64,000 nucleotides of DNA from Bacteroidales bacterium UBA1756 (GCA_002314795.1 DCHI01000007.1:5827-69826); one strand, 5' to 3'; positions 48,114 to 57,977 are shown, counted from the first letter of the stretch. A program made the numbers and translations. Notes: generated by a model not told the origin, from the letters alone.

Positions 48114-49457
48114 ATGGAAGTTAAAAAAATCATGGCTAACCTGGAAGCCAAACATCCTGGTGAAAAAGAGTATTTGCAGGCAGTAGAAGAAGTCCTCGTA
48201 ACCATCGAAGACATTTACAACCAGCATCCTGAATTCGAAAAGGCAAAAATCATCGAAAGATTGGTTGAACCCGATCGTATTTTCACCTTCCGCGTTACTT
48301 GGGTAGATGACAATGGCGAAGTTCAAAACAACATCGGTTACCGTGTACAATACAATGCTGCTCTCGGCGCATACAAAGGCGGTCTCCGTTTCCACCCCGC
48401 AGTTAACGTTTCAATGTTGAAATTCTTAGGTTTCGAACAGATTTTCAAAAACAGCTTGACCAACCTTCCTCTCGGTGGTGGTAAAGGTGGTGCTGATTTC
48501 GATCCTACTGGAAAGAGCGATGCTGAAATTATGCGTTTCTGCCAAGCTTTTATGTATGAATTGTGGCGCAACATCGGTGCTGACCAAGACAGCCCCGCTG
48601 GTGACGTAGGTGTTGGCGGTCGTGAAATCGGCTACCTCTATGGCGCTTACAAGAAACTCGCTCGCGAACACAGCACCGGCGCTCTCACTGGTAAGAGCTA
48701 CGGTTGGGGTGGTTCTTTGATCCGTCCTGAAGCTACCGGTTTCGGTGCTATCTACTATGTAGAAAGAATGGTTAAACAAAACGGTGACAAGATGGAAGGC
48801 AAGAGAATCGCTCTCTCTGGCTTCGGTAATGTTGCTTGGGGTGCTGCTACCAAAGCTACCGAACTCGGTGCTAAGGTTGTCGCTCTCTCTGGTCCCGACG
48901 GCGTTTGCGAACTTCCCGAAGGCGTAAACAAAGAAATGATTGACTATATGCTCGTTATGCGTGACTCACGTCGTAACAAAGTTCAGGATATGGCTGACAA
49001 ATTCCCAGGAAAAGCTATCTTCACTCCTGGCAAGAAAGCTTGGAGCGTAAAATGTGACATCGCTTGTCCTTGCGCATTCCAAAACGAAATGAGCGAAGAA
49101 GACGCTAAAGAACTTCTCGCTAACGGCGTTAAATACGTTGCTGAAGTTTCCAATATGGGTTGCCAACCTGGCGCTATCGCAGCTATCCAAGGTGCTGGTA
49201 TTCCTTTCGCTCCTGGTAAAGCAGTTAACGCTGGTGGCGTTGCTACTTCCGGTCTCGAAATCTGCCAAAACGCAGGTCACATCAACTGGACTGCTCCTGA
49301 AGTAGATGCTAAATTGCACAAAATTATGAACGACATCTATGATATGTGCGTAGAATACGGTAAAGATGCTAAAGGTAACATTAACTACGTTAAGGGTGCC
49401 AACATCGCTGGTTTTATGCGCGTTGCTAAAGCTATGCTCGCTCAAGGTATCATCTAA
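48114..49457 (+). CDS. gdhA: NADP-specific glutamate dehydrogenase
   Basis: 447 aa. LPLGGGKGGADFDP catalytic Lys motif and GFGNVAWG dinucleotide fold. Confidence 0.93.
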   Translation: MEVKKIMANLEAKHPGEKEYLQAVEEVLVTIEDIYNQHPEFEKAKIIERLVEPDRIFTFRVTWVDDNGEVQNNIGYRVQYNAALGAYKGGLRFHPAVNVSMLKFLGFEQIFKNSLTNLPLGGGKGGADFDPTGKSDAEIMRFCQAFMYELWRNIGADQDSPAGDVGVGGREIGYLYGAYKKLAREHSTGALTGKSYGWGGSLIRPEATGFGAIYYVERMVKQNGDKMEGKRIALSGFGNVAWGAATKATELGAKVVALSGPDGVCELPEGVNKEMIDYMLVMRDSRRNKVQDMADKFPGKAIFTPGKKAWSVKCDIACPCAFQNEMSEEDAKELLANGVKYVAEVSNMGCQPGAIAAIQGAGIPFAPGKAVNAGGVATSGLEICQNAGHINWTAPEVDAKLHKIMNDIYDMCVEYGKDAKGNINYVKGANIAGFMRVAKAMLAQGII

Positions 49458-49482
49458 TCGATTGATTCCTTTTTATACAGAA

Positions 49483-49515
49483 AACGCCTTCCGAATTCGG
49501 AGGGCGTTTTTTTTG
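49483..49515 (+). terminator. Rho-independent terminator
   Basis: Stem CGCCTTCCG / CGGAGGGCG around loop AATT, followed by T9. Confidence 0.85.
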
Positions 49516-49686
49516 TGAGGGGAGGATAGTCTAAGGTCTGTCGATTTTGCGTGTTTCGAAACCAAATTTCTTCCAAAAGTTCTACCGACAATAGAATGCT
49601 TATAATAATAATTTACAACTTATTATATGTAATTTATTGATAAACAAGCTTGTGAATATACCTATAGATAGATGAAAATATTATCA

Positions 49687-49694
49687 TAAATTTG
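49687..49694 (+). promoter_or_regulatory. -7 promoter box TAAATTTG
   Basis: 36 nt upstream of ATG 49730. Confidence 0.45.
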
Positions 49695-49729
49695 CGATGC
49701 TTTTTTTTCAATAAAAACCCTTAATCTTT

Positions 49730-51184
49730 ATGCTTTTTAATTCCTTTGCCTTTGCCATATTTTTACCGCTTGTATTCATTTTATATTGGGCAGTTTTCAA
49801 TAGAAAGAATGTAAAATTAAGGAACGCATTTATATTAGTCGTTAGCTATATTTTTTATGGTTGGTGGGATTGGCGTTTTTTAATATTGATTGCCATAACT
49901 AGTTTCTGTTCGTGGGGAAGCGGGTGGCTTATTCAAAAGTCCTCGTATACCTCCGAAGAGAAGAAATTGGGTCCTAAATTTTGGCTGATTTCCAATTTGA
50001 TTTTGAATTTAGGTATTTTGGCCGTATTCAAATATTTCAATTTTTTTGTTGATTCATTTGTAACTGTTTTGACTTCAGTTGGTGTTCCCATCCATTCAAC
50101 AAGTACACTCAACATAATTCTTCCCGTCGGTATCTCTTTTTATACATTTCAGGCATTGAGTTATGGAATTGATGTTTATCGGAAGGATGTGGAACCGACA
50201 CGTGATTGGCTGCAATTTTTCGCATTTGTAAGTTTTTTCCCACAACTCGTTGCTGGGCCTATTGAGCGAGCCAAAAATTTGTTGCCGCAATTTGAGACAA
50301 TCAAAAAACCTGATTATGATATTTTCCGTTCTGCAATGTTGCTGATTGCGTGGGGATATTTCAAAAAGTTAATGATAGCCGACCGACTTGCTGTTTTTGT
50401 TGAAGCTACTTTTGACCACGGTGCTACATCATTTCCAATGTTACTAGGTGCAATTTTCTTTGCGTTTCAACTTTACCTGGATTTTTCAGCATATTCTGAT
50501 ATAGCTATCGGATGTGGGAAGTTGTTTGGTTTTAATTTGATGACAAATTTCCGTCGTCCCTATTTCAGCACATCGTTCAGTAATTTTTGGAAACGTTGGC
50601 ATATTTCTTTGTCATCTTGGTTTATGGACTATCTGTACATTCCTCTTGGTGGAAATCGGAAGGGAAAGACGCGGAAAATGTTGAACTTAATCATTGTTTT
50701 TGCCGTTAGTGGTCTATGGCATGGCGCAAGTTGGAATTTTGTAATTTGGGGTGTCGCTAATGCTTTGTTTATGATTATACTGGATCCATTTTTGAAGAGG
50801 TTACAGTCAGAAAACTTTTTTGCTCGTTTCTTCAAGGCAACTATTATTTTCACGGGTTGGATGCTGTCTCTGGTTTTCTTCCGCGCGAAGGGCTTTGATG
50901 TTGCTACCGATTGTTTCTCCAATCTTGGATTCAGTAATATAGGAGAAATTACAAATTACGGATTGAATTCACGTGAACTATGGCTTATTGCCATAACAAT
51001 CGGCATATTGTTCATAAAGGAATTGATATGTGAACGGAATGAACAAACTCTTCGGAACTTATTTTTCAACAAGATTCCACTGATTTTCCGATGGTGCTTC
51101 TATGTTGCATTCATTCTATCAATAGTCTATTTTGGCCAGTACGGTGGCGGCAATGAACATTCATTTATTTATTTTCAGTTCTAA
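49730..51184 (+). CDS. MBOAT family O-acyltransferase (AlgI/DltB/PatA-like)
   Basis: 484-aa polytopic protein with FWKRWHISLSSWFMDYLYIPLGGNR (conserved His region) and SGLWHGASWNF. Confidence 0.88.
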   Translation: MLFNSFAFAIFLPLVFILYWAVFNRKNVKLRNAFILVVSYIFYGWWDWRFLILIAITSFCSWGSGWLIQKSSYTSEEKKLGPKFWLISNLILNLGILAVFKYFNFFVDSFVTVLTSVGVPIHSTSTLNIILPVGISFYTFQALSYGIDVYRKDVEPTRDWLQFFAFVSFFPQLVAGPIERAKNLLPQFETIKKPDYDIFRSAMLLIAWGYFKKLMIADRLAVFVEATFDHGATSFPMLLGAIFFAFQLYLDFSAYSDIAIGCGKLFGFNLMTNFRRPYFSTSFSNFWKRWHISLSSWFMDYLYIPLGGNRKGKTRKMLNLIIVFAVSGLWHGASWNFVIWGVANALFMIILDPFLKRLQSENFFARFFKATIIFTGWMLSLVFFRAKGFDVATDCFSNLGFSNIGEITNYGLNSRELWLIAITIGILFIKELICERNEQTLRNLFFNKIPLIFRWCFYVAFILSIVYFGQYGGGNEHSFIYFQF

Positions 51185-51188
51185 AACT

Positions 51189-52655
51189 ATGTCTAAAAGC
51201 AATTATAAATCACCGGTTCAAAAAAAATGCGGGCAACCTGTGTCAAAATCTGTTGAGAACAAAAAGTTCCCTTGGGTGAAATTTTTTCTTAAACTTTTCT
51301 TCCTTTTTCTAATAATATTTACAGTAGTATTTATTACTGATAAAAAAGAGTATTTCGTTGGTGATCAGTCGAATAATCATAGTGGTCGAAAATGGCAAGC
51401 CTTTTATAAATTTGCAGAGAAAAAATCTAAAAATGTAGATATTTTAGTTCTCGGAAATTCTCACGCTTCTGCAGGAATTGAACCATATATTCTTTCTGAA
51501 AATACAAATTCTTACTGCTTTATCTTGAATACACCTGGTGCAGGTTCTGTTGATTTGTATTATAACTTGGTGGAAGTCCTTAAATATTGTAAACCCAAGC
51601 TGGTCATTGTCGAGACAAGTTGTCTCATTGGAGACGGAATTGGAAAAGAGTGGGCTTGCATACAAAGTATTGAATCAAAAAAAGGTCTTTTGAATAAGTT
51701 TAGTTTAATTCCACATTATTTGTCATCAGATGATTGGATTAAGGCTGTGTCTCCAACAATTCGAAACCACTCATTCTTACTGACTGACACAGCACGTATT
51801 GCATTCAATGTCAAGAATGTAGGAAAGGATAAAAATCCGCCAAGAAATGATTTTGAATTAGGACGATTCAGTCACGGAAATGACGGTATGTCAGACTCTA
51901 TCTATAGTTTGTATAAGAAAAATCCTGGACCGCTCAAATGCAGCCATTGCTATATTGTGGACAAAACACGAAAATATGTTCATAAGTTATATGACTTGTG
52001 CCAAGAAAATGGTATTGAACTGATGTTCATTACGGTTCCAATGCATCCATTAGCTTATGAGGATTACAATTACTTGAAAAAAGTCAATCAAGAATTTATC
52101 AATGAATTTCCAAAGGCAAAATGGTTGGATCTGCAACAAAATTGTGACACTACGATTTATACCCGTGCTGCATTTAATAACGAGTATGGCGGTTGGCAGC
52201 ATAACACATATTTAGGTATGACCTTAAATACGTATCAATTATGCGATTTCATCTATAAAAACTATACAAGCAAATTGCCAAATCGTGCATCTGATAAAAG
52301 ATGGATAGATGATTTTAGCAAAGACGATAATTTCATTTATAACCAACCTGTACCTGATAATTTGAAAGATTACTTAATCATTGCTAAAAATGTGGATGTA
52401 AATGGCTTACACGTTAGAGAGTGCTTTGTTAAACAAGAAAAGGATAGAAACACTTTGGTGCTTAAAGTTGACAAAACCGAAAAGTTGCCGAATACATTAA
52501 GGTGTGTGATTGGATTGGAGGAAAATAATCAGTTGGCCATAGTGGATTTGTCCACAAGTCCGACTATTAATCCACCGCAATACAAAGTGTATATGATTGG
52601 ATTGATAAAAGAAGCGCACGTCAGAGAATTGGTAAGTCTCAATGTAAGGCAATAG
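51189..52655 (+). CDS. Membrane-anchored hypothetical protein, possible SGNH-like partner of the MBOAT
   Basis: ATG 51189 lies 5 bp after the MBOAT stop (the track start 51132 overlaps the MBOAT gene). N-terminal TM anchor. DILVLGNSHASAGIEP resembles SGNH block I with Asn replacing Asp. No other motif recognised. Confidence 0.5.
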   Translation: MSKSNYKSPVQKKCGQPVSKSVENKKFPWVKFFLKLFFLFLIIFTVVFITDKKEYFVGDQSNNHSGRKWQAFYKFAEKKSKNVDILVLGNSHASAGIEPYILSENTNSYCFILNTPGAGSVDLYYNLVEVLKYCKPKLVIVETSCLIGDGIGKEWACIQSIESKKGLLNKFSLIPHYLSSDDWIKAVSPTIRNHSFLLTDTARIAFNVKNVGKDKNPPRNDFELGRFSHGNDGMSDSIYSLYKKNPGPLKCSHCYIVDKTRKYVHKLYDLCQENGIELMFITVPMHPLAYEDYNYLKKVNQEFINEFPKAKWLDLQQNCDTTIYTRAAFNNEYGGWQHNTYLGMTLNTYQLCDFIYKNYTSKLPNRASDKRWIDDFSKDDNFIYNQPVPDNLKDYLIIAKNVDVNGLHVRECFVKQEKDRNTLVLKVDKTEKLPNTLRCVIGLEENNQLAIVDLSTSPTINPPQYKVYMIGLIKEAHVRELVSLNVRQ

Positions 52656-52681
52656 TTTCGTATAGTCATTAAAAATATACG

Positions 52682-52987
52682 TTATTCCTCAATCGTCATA
52701 GTTTGCGTCAGACCGGACATATCAAAGACTTCCAATACGGCGGGCTGGATGTGACGAAAAACCAATTTCCCTTGTTTGGAGGCAGCAACTTTGAGCAAAG
52801 TCAGGAAAGTGCGGATGCCTTGCGAAGAAGTATAGGCCAACTGTTCCAAATCAAGAACCAAGTTCATTTGTTCCTTTTCCATTTGCTTGTTCACAACGTC
52901 CTGGAAAGCCGGTGCCGAAGTGCTGTCCAACATTCCGTTTAAAGCGATGATTGTTTGATTGTCTTTTTCGGTAACTTTAATTTCCAT
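52682..52987 (-). CDS. STAS-domain anti-sigma-factor antagonist (SpoIIAA/RsbV-like)
   Basis: 101 aa. LDLEQLAYTSSQGIRTFL (phosphorylatable Ser context). Overlaps the upstream gene by 11 nt. Confidence 0.85.
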   Translation of the reverse strand: MEIKVTEKDNQTIIALNGMLDSTSAPAFQDVVNKQMEKEQMNLVLDLEQLAYTSSQGIRTFLTLLKVAASKQGKLVFRHIQPAVLEVFDMSGLTQTMTIEE

Positions 52988-55229
52988 TTCTTTTATACTT
53001 TAGTTTTAAAATATTTTGTTGATTTTCAAATTTATATGATAATTCATCCATAATTTGCCGTGTGAAATGAATGCCCAAACCGCCTAATTGCCGCTGGGAT
53101 ATGTCAGCATTCGTGTCCGGAGTTTTGGCTTCCAACGGGTTGAATGGGCGTCCTTTGTCAGCTAATGTTATGACTACACGACCGGAAGCGTCGTTCCGCT
53201 CAATCAAAACGTCCAACGGGCCATCGGCAGAATAAGCGTAGTCGGCAACGTTTTGCACCGGTTCTTCCACCGCCAACCGCAACCTCATATCATTTTCCAA
53301 TCCACACGAAGCGAGAATATCATTGACGATATTGGAAACATTGCCTTTTATTTTATCATAATGCAATGATTGACAACTGTTTGAAATACTTATTCCACGA
53401 TATTCAATGCAAAGAATCGTGATGTCATCGTGCTGTTCCGCTTTGGTGGTAAAAGCATCTAAATTCTGCAAAACACAATCCACCAATTGACTAAATGGAA
53501 GTTGCTGAATTTTTTGCAGGAGCGCGAGTGTTTTCTGGGAGCCGAAAAATTCATTTTTCAAATTTTTGGCTTCGGTTACGCCATCAGTGTAGGCAAAAAT
53601 GCGGTCGCCCGGAGCCAGGTTGATGCACTCTTTTTGATAAGGATAACTATCAAAGGCATAGACTGGCATATTCGGTTTTATTTTCATAAATGCGGCGTCG
53701 CCATTCTGAATAAGGATGGGCGGGTTGTGGCCAGCGTTACAAAACTCGAAATGTCCATTTGCAAGATGGAGGACGCCGACAAAAAGGGTGCAGAGAACGC
53801 TATCGTCGCTACGCTCCATCACCGCGTTATTCAACGAGCTCACAATCACTTGCGGATTCGTTTCCGTGCGGACGATGTGACGGAAGAGACTACAAATCTC
53901 ACTCATTACTAAAGCGGCGGGAAATCCTTTTCCACTCACATCCCCGATACAAAAACAGAGGACATCGTCCTTCAGTACGAAATCGTACAAGTCGCCGCCA
54001 ACGGACTTTGCCGTCCGTTGGAAGCCGAAAACATCGTATGGGAGATTGGGGTCAGCACCAGCGGGTTCCGGATTGGGCGGAAGAAATTTTCGTTGTATGG
54101 AGGACGCGATTCTCAATTCATTGGTCATTCGCGAATGGGCGTCGTTTTTACGTTTATAAGTGAAAAAAGCGTACAGCATACAAAGGAGCATCAGCAGCAA
54201 GCTGCAAATCATCACCCCGAAAAAGATATGCTGGATGCGGGCAACTGTTTGGTAAATCGCCTTGTAGGGCTTGATAATCAACAATGTATAATCTGTCGCC
54301 TTGATTGGTTCCACATAGGAATAATAGACATTGTTACGAAAAGAGAATTTGAACGTTGAGTTCTTCTTCTCTTTGTTTTCCTTCACAAACTGACTGAATA
54401 TTTGAGCAAATTCTGCATCAAAAGTGCATTGAGCGGCCTCTTTGATGGGCGTTCCGCAGAACTCGCGATTCGAAGCTAAAATAACGTTATAATTTGCATC
54501 CAAAACCCAGACAAACAGATCGTTTTTTGATTTATACATAGAGAATGCCTTGGCGAAAGTTCCGGGCTTGCAATCTGTCCAAAATTCTCCTACTACATTC
54601 CCCTCAGTGTCCAACAGAGGAACTGCGTAGGTTATCGCCCAAACATCATTCTCTTGGATTTTTCCAGCTTCAACGTGCGCTTTTGGGGAGGCGGCAGTAT
54701 TCTTGTAAAGAGCACTTTCAAATATATCGTAGTTATCCAACAAATTATATCGAGTGGTGTCATTTATGTGCATAGAGATAGCGATACCTTCATCGGAAGT
54801 ACCTTCCCAAACGCCCGGTTTGAGAATCAGGGAGGCAGAAATGAATTCTTTATTGTAATCTACAAACGATGATAAGAGTTCATTGATATCTTCCTTTTGA
54901 AAATGTTGCAATCGTTCTGGAACGACGATATGATTAACATAGGTGTCGCCCGTCACGGAATCGGTTACAAGATCGACGTCGCAAATATTGACCAAAAAAC
55001 TATTAACCACCCATTCCGTTGATAAGAACATAAGGTTGGTCACGCGCGACATCGTCTTCACATTTCTTTCAGATTCAGCGACGGCTTTTTTTTCCAACTC
55101 TTGTTGCGACAGTTTTGTAAGCACAAACATTGCCACCAACGGAACGATGACGGAAAGCGCCATCACCAACAGGACCCGTACGATGCTACGGCGCCAAATC
55201 GCCTTGACCTTTTTTATTTCCTGGTTCAT
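52977..55229 (-). CDS. Membrane sensor fused to a PP2C (SpoIIE/RsbU-type) phosphatase and a C-terminal RsbW-type HATPase kinase domain
   Basis: TM1 (aa ~15-40), a ~300-aa extracytoplasmic domain, then TM2. PP2C motifs GGDLYDF, IGDVSGKG, YTDGVTEA and DDITIL. C-terminal HATPase_c pattern EEPVQNVADYAY...ADKGRPFNP...GGLGIHFTRQIMD. Confidence 0.85.
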   Translation of the reverse strand: MNQEIKKVKAIWRRSIVRVLLVMALSVIVPLVAMFVLTKLSQQELEKKAVAESERNVKTMSRVTNLMFLSTEWVVNSFLVNICDVDLVTDSVTGDTYVNHIVVPERLQHFQKEDINELLSSFVDYNKEFISASLILKPGVWEGTSDEGIAISMHINDTTRYNLLDNYDIFESALYKNTAASPKAHVEAGKIQENDVWAITYAVPLLDTEGNVVGEFWTDCKPGTFAKAFSMYKSKNDLFVWVLDANYNVILASNREFCGTPIKEAAQCTFDAEFAQIFSQFVKENKEKKNSTFKFSFRNNVYYSYVEPIKATDYTLLIIKPYKAIYQTVARIQHIFFGVMICSLLLMLLCMLYAFFTYKRKNDAHSRMTNELRIASSIQRKFLPPNPEPAGADPNLPYDVFGFQRTAKSVGGDLYDFVLKDDVLCFCIGDVSGKGFPAALVMSEICSLFRHIVRTETNPQVIVSSLNNAVMERSDDSVLCTLFVGVLHLANGHFEFCNAGHNPPILIQNGDAAFMKIKPNMPVYAFDSYPYQKECINLAPGDRIFAYTDGVTEAKNLKNEFFGSQKTLALLQKIQQLPFSQLVDCVLQNLDAFTTKAEQHDDITILCIEYRGISISNSCQSLHYDKIKGNVSNIVNDILASCGLENDMRLRLAVEEPVQNVADYAYSADGPLDVLIERNDASGRVVITLADKGRPFNPLEAKTPDTNADISQRQLGGLGIHFTRQIMDELSYKFENQQNILKLKYKRNGN

Positions 55230-55648
55230 AACTGTTTTAATTTCAATATGATGCTTTCATCGGCTGGGAGCCATTTTACCGTATTCAACTGGTTTTTCGA
55301 GAGCCAACGCGCACTTTGGTGTTCCAAAAGTTTCAGTTCGCCATTCAGAAGGGAACATAAAAAGCATTGCATCGAGAGATGGAAGTCGGGGTAGTCGTAC
55401 TGTACGGTTGCAAACAGTTCGCCGACGGCGACGTCCGAAGCCAGCTCTTCACGAATTTCACGTCGCAGGGCATCTTCAGGGGATTCGCCTTTTTCCACTT
55501 TTCCTCCTGGAAATTCCCACCACCCTTTCCAATCGCCATAACCCCGTTGGGTAGCAAACACCTCGCCGTCACGGACAATGATGGCGGCCACAACGGAAAT
55601 TGTTCTCTTATCTCGTTTTACAACAATATTTTCATTCATAATGAACAT
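55226..55648 (-). CDS. NUDIX hydrolase (MutT-like)
   Basis: Nudix box GGKVEKGESPEDALRREIREELA. The track start 55720 lies inside the promoter box, so ATG 55648 (or 55639) is preferred. 4-nt overlap with the downstream sensor gene. Confidence 0.8.
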   Translation of the reverse strand: MFIMNENIVVKRDKRTISVVAAIIVRDGEVFATQRGYGDWKGWWEFPGGKVEKGESPEDALRREIREELASDVAVGELFATVQYDYPDFHLSMQCFLCSLLNGELKLLEHQSARWLSKNQLNTVKWLPADESIILKLKQL

Positions 55649-55717
55649 TTTGCCGAAAAAAGACCTTATTTCATCAACGATGATGAAAAATCTTCTTCTT
55701 TTTTGCAAAAAACGTGG

Positions 55718-55725
55718 CAAAAATA
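55718..55725 (-). promoter_or_regulatory. -7 promoter box (TATTTTTG on minus strand)
   Basis: CAAAAATA on the plus strand, ~70 nt upstream of ATG 55648. Confidence 0.45.
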
Positions 55726-55853
55726 CGATTATTCCTCCAAAAACATACTTTCAAATTGGCGCAATTAATCGCCGGTACTGAAAAAAAAGTGCCATTTAAA
55801 AGAATTGTTCATAAAAAGGTGACGAATAGCCGCAGAGAATAAAATAATAGTTG

Positions 55854-55861
55854 TAATTTTG
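55854..55861 (+). promoter_or_regulatory. -7 promoter box TAATTTTG
   Basis: Upstream of the T9SS cargo gene: 32 nt before ATG 55893 and 80 nt before ATG 55941. Confidence 0.4.
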
Positions 55862-55940
55862 CCCCTGTTTTTTATCCCTTCTAACGCACACAATGACAAT
55901 AGAATACATAAATATTAAACCACTTTTAAAAACAATCCTT

Positions 55941-57716
55941 ATGAAAAAGTTTTCTAAAATTCTGGCAGCACTGCTGACGGTTGTGCTGTGTGCAGGAATC
56001 AACTTTGCTTCCGCACAAGTTATTTTCTCACAAGATTTTTCCAAAATCACCAAAACCGGTTCGCAGCAATGTAGCACTTCATCGTCTGTTATGGACATCC
56101 GTGACAGCTTGCCGGGTTGGGAATCAGAGAGACTCTATCCTGCTGGAGGAAAAGTAAAACTCAGTACCGGTTCCGTCGCTGGTTGGATTAAAACTCCCGC
56201 TATCGATCTCTCCGGTAACAGCGGCAACTTCGTTCTCTCTTTCGATGCCAAAGCTTGGTACGCAGCAAGTGAAAATCAGAAAATTTGGGTCTTCGTTGAT
56301 AACGACTCCACACTCGTAGAAGGCGTAACCATCGGTTCTTCCAACTCCGATTGCAACTTGGTACATTTTTCACTGAATATGACGGGCGGCACCGATTCTT
56401 CCCGTATTATGTTCAAAGGTTTTGCTGCTACTAACAGCCGTTTCTTCTTGGATAACATCGTCATCACCGATGGTACCGAAGTGGCGCTCAACGTATCACC
56501 TTCAGCAGTTTCTATGAACAACGTCATCCTCGGAACGAGCGGCAATGCGACGATCAACGTTTCCGGACGTAACCTCGATGCTACTCTCAGCACCACCGTC
56601 ACCCTCGCCGGTTCCTCCGCATTCACTACCACTTCCACCGCTATTGCTAATGCTGACATTCTTGCAGAAGATGGCGCTGACCTCGTCATTACCTATACTC
56701 CTACTCAAACCGGCAACGATACCGCCGTCGTCACTTTGACCAACAACCAACTTGAAGAACCGGTTACCGTTACAGTTATTGGTCGTTGCATCGCTGCCTC
56801 CCGCGAAATTTCAACCATCGCCGAATTGAGAACCCTTTATGACTGGAGCAACGCTTCTGCCAATACTACGGACACCATCATTTACAAATATGTTGGTCAC
56901 GCCATCATCACCGAAGCTTTCGAAGAGGGTTCCAGCAATGAAAGTTTCAACAAATGGATGCAAGACTCTACCGGCGCTATCCAACTCTATGACCCGTCAC
57001 ACGTTCTGACCAACCTCTCCGTTGGTTGCGAAATCACCAACGTTTTTGGTAAACTTTCCAACTACTACGGCTACCTTGAATTTGAAGCTCAAACCGCTAT
57101 TGCACCTACCGACATCAATGCTTTCCCCACTTGGACGGTAACTCCTTTGGATATCACAACGGCACAGCTCAACGATGTGGAATATATGCACAGCATTCAA
57201 GCACAATTGGTTCGTTTAAGCAATGTTACCTTTGATGCTACCGGCAATTTCCAAAGCTACTATCTTTACACGGTAAACGGTGGTGACACCGCAGTTTGCT
57301 TCACCGCTTCCTGCACACTTCACGGTCTCGGTGCCATTCCTACCGGCGCTACTACCGTTGTTGGTGTCAATGTTTTCACAAAGAGCTACTATGCTGGTTA
57401 TGATGCCGGACGTGTTTCTTATCCAAGATATTACGTTCGTCCGCAATCTGTCGGAGGTTCTATCGGTATTGCTGAAAACGAAATGGCTAACGTCAACGTT
57501 TATCCGAATCCCGCCGAAGGCAATGTTACTCTCTCCGTTGATACCGAAGTTTCACACGTTGCCATTTACAACGTAATGGGTTCACAAGTTGCTTCACAAT
57601 CCATTGCTACCGGCAACAACGTCATCGGAATGGAAAACCTCACTCCTGGTGTTTATTTTCTCCGTATTTTCAACGGCAACCAACTCGTTGGAACGACGAA
57701 AGTCATCCGCAAATAA
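55941..57716 (+). CDS. T9SS C-terminal-domain secreted protein, function unknown
   Basis: ATG 55941 gives the MKKFSKILAALLTVVLCAGINFASAQ signal (the alternative is 55893). C-terminus is VYPNPAEGNVTL...YNVMGSQV...GVYFLRIF...TKVIRK. Confidence 0.7.
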   Translation: MKKFSKILAALLTVVLCAGINFASAQVIFSQDFSKITKTGSQQCSTSSSVMDIRDSLPGWESERLYPAGGKVKLSTGSVAGWIKTPAIDLSGNSGNFVLSFDAKAWYAASENQKIWVFVDNDSTLVEGVTIGSSNSDCNLVHFSLNMTGGTDSSRIMFKGFAATNSRFFLDNIVITDGTEVALNVSPSAVSMNNVILGTSGNATINVSGRNLDATLSTTVTLAGSSAFTTTSTAIANADILAEDGADLVITYTPTQTGNDTAVVTLTNNQLEEPVTVTVIGRCIAASREISTIAELRTLYDWSNASANTTDTIIYKYVGHAIITEAFEEGSSNESFNKWMQDSTGAIQLYDPSHVLTNLSVGCEITNVFGKLSNYYGYLEFEAQTAIAPTDINAFPTWTVTPLDITTAQLNDVEYMHSIQAQLVRLSNVTFDATGNFQSYYLYTVNGGDTAVCFTASCTLHGLGAIPTGATTVVGVNVFTKSYYAGYDAGRVSYPRYYVRPQSVGGSIGIAENEMANVNVYPNPAEGNVTLSVDTEVSHVAIYNVMGSQVASQSIATGNNVIGMENLTPGVYFLRIFNGNQLVGTTKVIRK

Positions 57717-57734
57717 TCGGGATTTTTCCTGTCA

Positions 57735-57768
57735 CAAAAAAAGCGTGCCGATCAGCACGCTTTTTTTG
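57735..57768. terminator. Bidirectional rho-independent terminator
   Basis: A8, stem AGCGTGC / GCACGCT, then T7. Confidence 0.8.
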
Positions 57769-57879
57769 TATCATACAAACTACGCAATAGAACTTTTCAA
57801 ATGAGACCGGAACAGTCAACGGCATCATTTAGCAAAAATAGAGTTGCGCCGGATTCCTTCAATTTTTCGTTTTCTAACA

Positions 57880-57948
57880 AAAATGTGTAAAATCACACGA
57901 AAAGTCGTTCTGAAAATGTGTAAAATCACACGAAAACCGAACGAAAGG
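57880..57948. repeat. Tandem 33-bp repeat (2 copies) with core AAAATGTGTAAAATCACACGAAAA
   Basis: Copy 1 at 57880..57912 and copy 2 at 57913..57948. The first 25 nt are identical. The core contains the inverted repeat TGTG-N7-CACA. Confidence 0.9.
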
Positions 57949-57969
57949 TTTTTTTATATAAAATTATAG

Positions 57970-57977
57970 TATCTTTG
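57970..57977 (+). promoter_or_regulatory. -7 promoter box TATCTTTG
   Basis: 33 nt upstream of ATG 58010. Confidence 0.5.
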
